Source of the DNA: the human T2T-CHM13v2.0 reference genome, Homo sapiens
Length of the DNA: 64,000 nt
Assembly: GCF_009914755.1 (NCBI RefSeq)
Contig: NC_060936.1
Strand: one strand, 5' to 3'
The position numbers and the translations under genes are program-made. The number at the start of each line of letters is the position of its first letter. Positions within the stretch are counted from its first letter, which is position 1. The notes under the pieces were generated by a model that worked only from the letters and a program-made list of their open reading frames with translations, searched no databases and was not told the DNA's origin. Of this stretch, positions 60,481 to 64,000 are shown piece after piece.

Positions 60481-61998
60481 TCTACATACACATACACACA
60501 CATACATGCACACACACGTACGCATGCACTCACAGTATTGACGGTCATTCAGAAACTCTGCCACCACCATAACCAGTAACTTCTCAGAGACCTCCCATTG
60601 AAAGGATTTTAAGCAAAAGACAAATATGTTGAGATTTTTCAGGTTTGAAGATGTTAGTTACTGCAACAGAGTGCAGGATGGATAGTAAGCCACTGAGAAT
60701 GGAAATGGGATAACTATGTAGTGGCTTAGGTGACAGATGATTTGTGCTTGATGTAAGGCCCTGGGAATCAAGAAGATAGGATGGAGTCAAAGGAACACTA
60801 TATTTATGGCCATATATATGTGTGTATGTTCATATGTATGTTAAGATGTTTGTATTAATTTCTTACTGCTTTATAGTGCCTAGTAAGAAAATGATGTGAA
60901 TGTATGTTCTTATCTGTGCAAAGGGAAGGCTTTTCTAAGCATAAATATAAAGAAGTATAGTTATAAGTCACTGGCAACAAGTTTGATAAATATAAATATA
61001 TAAAAATTTAAAACTTCTGACAAAAAGCAAGGCAAAAATTCACAAAATTTAAATGAAATAGGGAAGGTATTTACAATGTATGAGAGCAGTTGCAATGTAA
61101 GAGCAGTTGCAAATTAGTATTTTAAAAATCTTCATAGCCCAATAGAAAATAGGCAAAGTAGAATAATGAGCAGTTTGCAAAAGAAGAAAGACAAATAGTC
61201 ATTTCATATTTTCAACTGAGAACCTTTAAGGCATGAACATCAATGAATTACAATTTTTTTCATAAATTAACAGTTTTAAAAAAGGATAGTAATCAGAGTA
61301 CTTGCAAATCAGAAGTAACCCAAATGTCTAACATGATATTATTTAGGTAAATTAGTATACTCATGCATTCATATCTTAAACAGCTATTAAAATCAAGTAG
61401 AAAACATTGACATGGCTGTTTATAATGAAGTATGATTCCAGGTTTTCTGTTGATACTCTACTGAATACACAGAAGCATACATACACACAGAAAAATACTT
61501 AAAGGATACCCCCTCAAAATGTCAACCACTTTTTCTCTGGGTAGTGGGATTATGGATGGTTTTTCTTCTTTGTGATAAAAAAAATTTTTTTCTATTAAAT
61601 AATTATCTTAGTAGAGACTGAAAAACTATAACCTATGGTCTAGCCAACTTATTTTTGTAAAGTTTATTGGAACACAGCCATGCTTTTCATCTATATATTG
61701 TCTGTAACTACTTCTAAATAAGTTTTTGAAACCTTCCCCCCACCTTTAGTGAGTGGTATGTTTTTTATATTTAGAAACAATCTCCCTCCTCCACAAACAT
61801 GCAACATTCTTACACAATAATGTGGTATAAGAAAAAATAGCATTGCTGCTTATACTGCCGGGATTTTTTCCCCCCCATAAGCTTCTTGATTTAATTCTTT
61901 TCTTATAAATAATTTAGTCTGGAACAAGATAGGGAGTTAATGACTTAAGTGCTGCTGATACTGAAATAAGTTAATATTTATTTTAAATATAATTTGGA

Positions 61999-62112
61999 GG
62001 CCAGGTGCGGTGGCTCACACCTGTAATCCCAGCACTTTGGGAAGCTGAGGCAGGTGGAGTGCTTGAGTCCAGGAGTTTGAGACCAGCCTGGGCAAAATGG
62101 CAAAATCCTGTC

Positions 62113-62196
<84 letters not shown>
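61999..62196 (+). mobile_element. Alu left monomer (FLAM-like) with an A34(TA)23 tail
   Basis: Monomer 61999-62116, A run 62117-62150, TA run 62151-62196. Confidence 0.85.
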
Positions 62197-62201
<5 letters not shown>

Positions 62202-64000
62202 CACACACACAAGTAAATATATTTATATATATAAATTATATATATATAATTTAGTAAATCAGTGTTTTGTTTATCCAGGATTCTTAGCTAATATCTTAAT
62301 GATATTCTAAAGAGAAGATTTAACAGATATAGAAAGTTAAGAAATGAAATTCTGTTAGTATTATCACAGAAATAATTGGAGACATTTAAAGAATTCAATG
62401 TGGTTACTTAAGGGTCTTTTAAAAAATATGTAAAAGATGGTTGAATGGTGGGTACATAAGCAATGATGAGCAAGTAAGTTATGAACTTCTGGAAATGGTG
62501 ATGGCTACTGTGTACCTGATTCTGTACAGAAATGCTATTTAATCCTCAAAATAATTGTGTCAGGAAAACAAGAGTGTTTTCTATTATGTAAATGAGAACG
62601 CTGAGTTTTGGAGAGTTTAAGTAATTCACCTAAATCATACAGAGGTTTGCTGAGCGTCCACTGAACTTAGGTTTATCTGAAGGGAACATTTATCATTATC
62701 TTTAGCCTTTTTTTTTTTTTTTTTAAATAGTCTGCCATGTAGGTCCCAAGAACTTGAAGTAAGATACAGAATTTAGGTTTTGTCTTGATCAAGAATACAT
62801 TTTTAACTGGTTATCAAGTTGTGTTAAAGACAGTGGTAAGCTCCTTGTTGTTTGATAGATGCAAACAGATTCTGGATAACCATGTTTTAAGGATGTTGTA
62901 GGAAAATTCCTGCTGTTGCTAAGAGGTTAAACTTTATGAACTTCGAGAATCTACCAGGTCTGTGATTTTTATGGTGTTTTTAAAAATTCTACTTGTGTAT
63001 TTAGTCTAAATTTAGATCATGTGAAGGACGATAACTATATGAACTCCTAAAGTGCTGTAGAAATCTTTTTAGAAATCATGTTTTGCCTTATATTTTGATA
63101 TGTTGTGTATGACTCTGTAATCATTAACATAATGCACTAAGTAGGTCTGTGTCTTTTATATAGTTAACATTCATGTAGTTTATTTTTTCTTGAATATGGA
63201 CCAGAGAAAAGATTTGACTATTCAAGTGGATATACTTTTTCCCAACAAAAATAAAAATTATATAAACCAACATTTTCTCTTTGTACTTTAGCCATATGAA
63301 AATGGGCAAATTTAATGGGTTAACATATTAATTGTCTTAACTTAGGTGCCAGGTGACTAATAACTCCTTTTTGTTTTTTTTTCTTAGCATTTGGTTTCTG
63401 TATTTCCTAGACATTTTTTGTTGTTGTTGAGAGCTAATATATATTATTTGAGACATTTTAGAATTAAGTAGAATATAAATTCATAGGGAAAAATTAGCTT
63501 AAATGTAAAGTACTTAATTTTCCGCCTAGTAAATGACAACATCAATACAAGTTTGACAGTAACATTTTAGTAAAAAAGAAAAGTAGATAAAATTCAGTTA
63601 GTTTTAGTCTAAGATCAGTTTATTCAAACTAGATCTTTGTTTATTCTGGTCCATGGAAGCTAGGAAGAGAGAATATCTCCACTACCTGCAGGGATTTGTG
63701 TTTAGAGAAAGGCCAGCATTGCCCTCAGGCTAATGGTTTTGAAACAATGGATATAGTCCATCCCCAGTCTAGAGTGTTGCCAGTTTTTCCTTTGTGGTTT
63801 AATTTTTTTTTAAATTATGCTTCAGGTGTTGAATTGTCAGTGCATCAGATGCTCAGATTCAAACAAATGTATCAAAATATCTAAAATATAGAAAACAAAT
63901 ACAAAATATTATTGCTTTTTTTTTTTTCTCCCAGTATTCCCTTATACTTGTTGATTTGACTGTGACAAGGCCTTTTATATATGGTGGATGTTCTAACCCT

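Overview
This is primate genomic DNA, almost certainly human: Alu/L1/L2/MIR/LTR-rich, with an AluYa5. The one clear gene is NEDD1 (GCP-WD, the gamma-tubulin ring complex adaptor) on the + strand. It has a CpG-island promoter (~36.8-37.3 kb), two 5' exons and four coding exons (39516-49872) that splice in frame into the first 163 aa of the WD40 domain. The gene continues past the window end. The intron after the first main coding exon is a U12-type (minor spliceosome) GT-AG intron. Upstream lie a full-length, decayed EEF1A1 processed pseudogene (- strand, interrupted by two Alus), a complete THE1A MaLR provirus, a Tigger3b nested in an MLT2 LTR, and a probable terminal exon of the upstream gene (likely CFAP54, from recalled gene order). 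Nearly all ORFs in the supplied track are repeat-derived or spurious. I found no evidence for a novel multi-gene biological system. The best leads are local: a 247-bp templated insertion with microhomology that splits a MIR in NEDD1 intron 4, the U12 intron with an adjacent A12(CA)9 tract, a splice-controlled uORF/N-terminal-extension switch, a DUX4-motif LTR upstream of NEDD1, a candidate poison micro-exon and young Alu/L1 insertions. Repeat subfamily names come from recalled consensus features, not from a RepeatMasker run.
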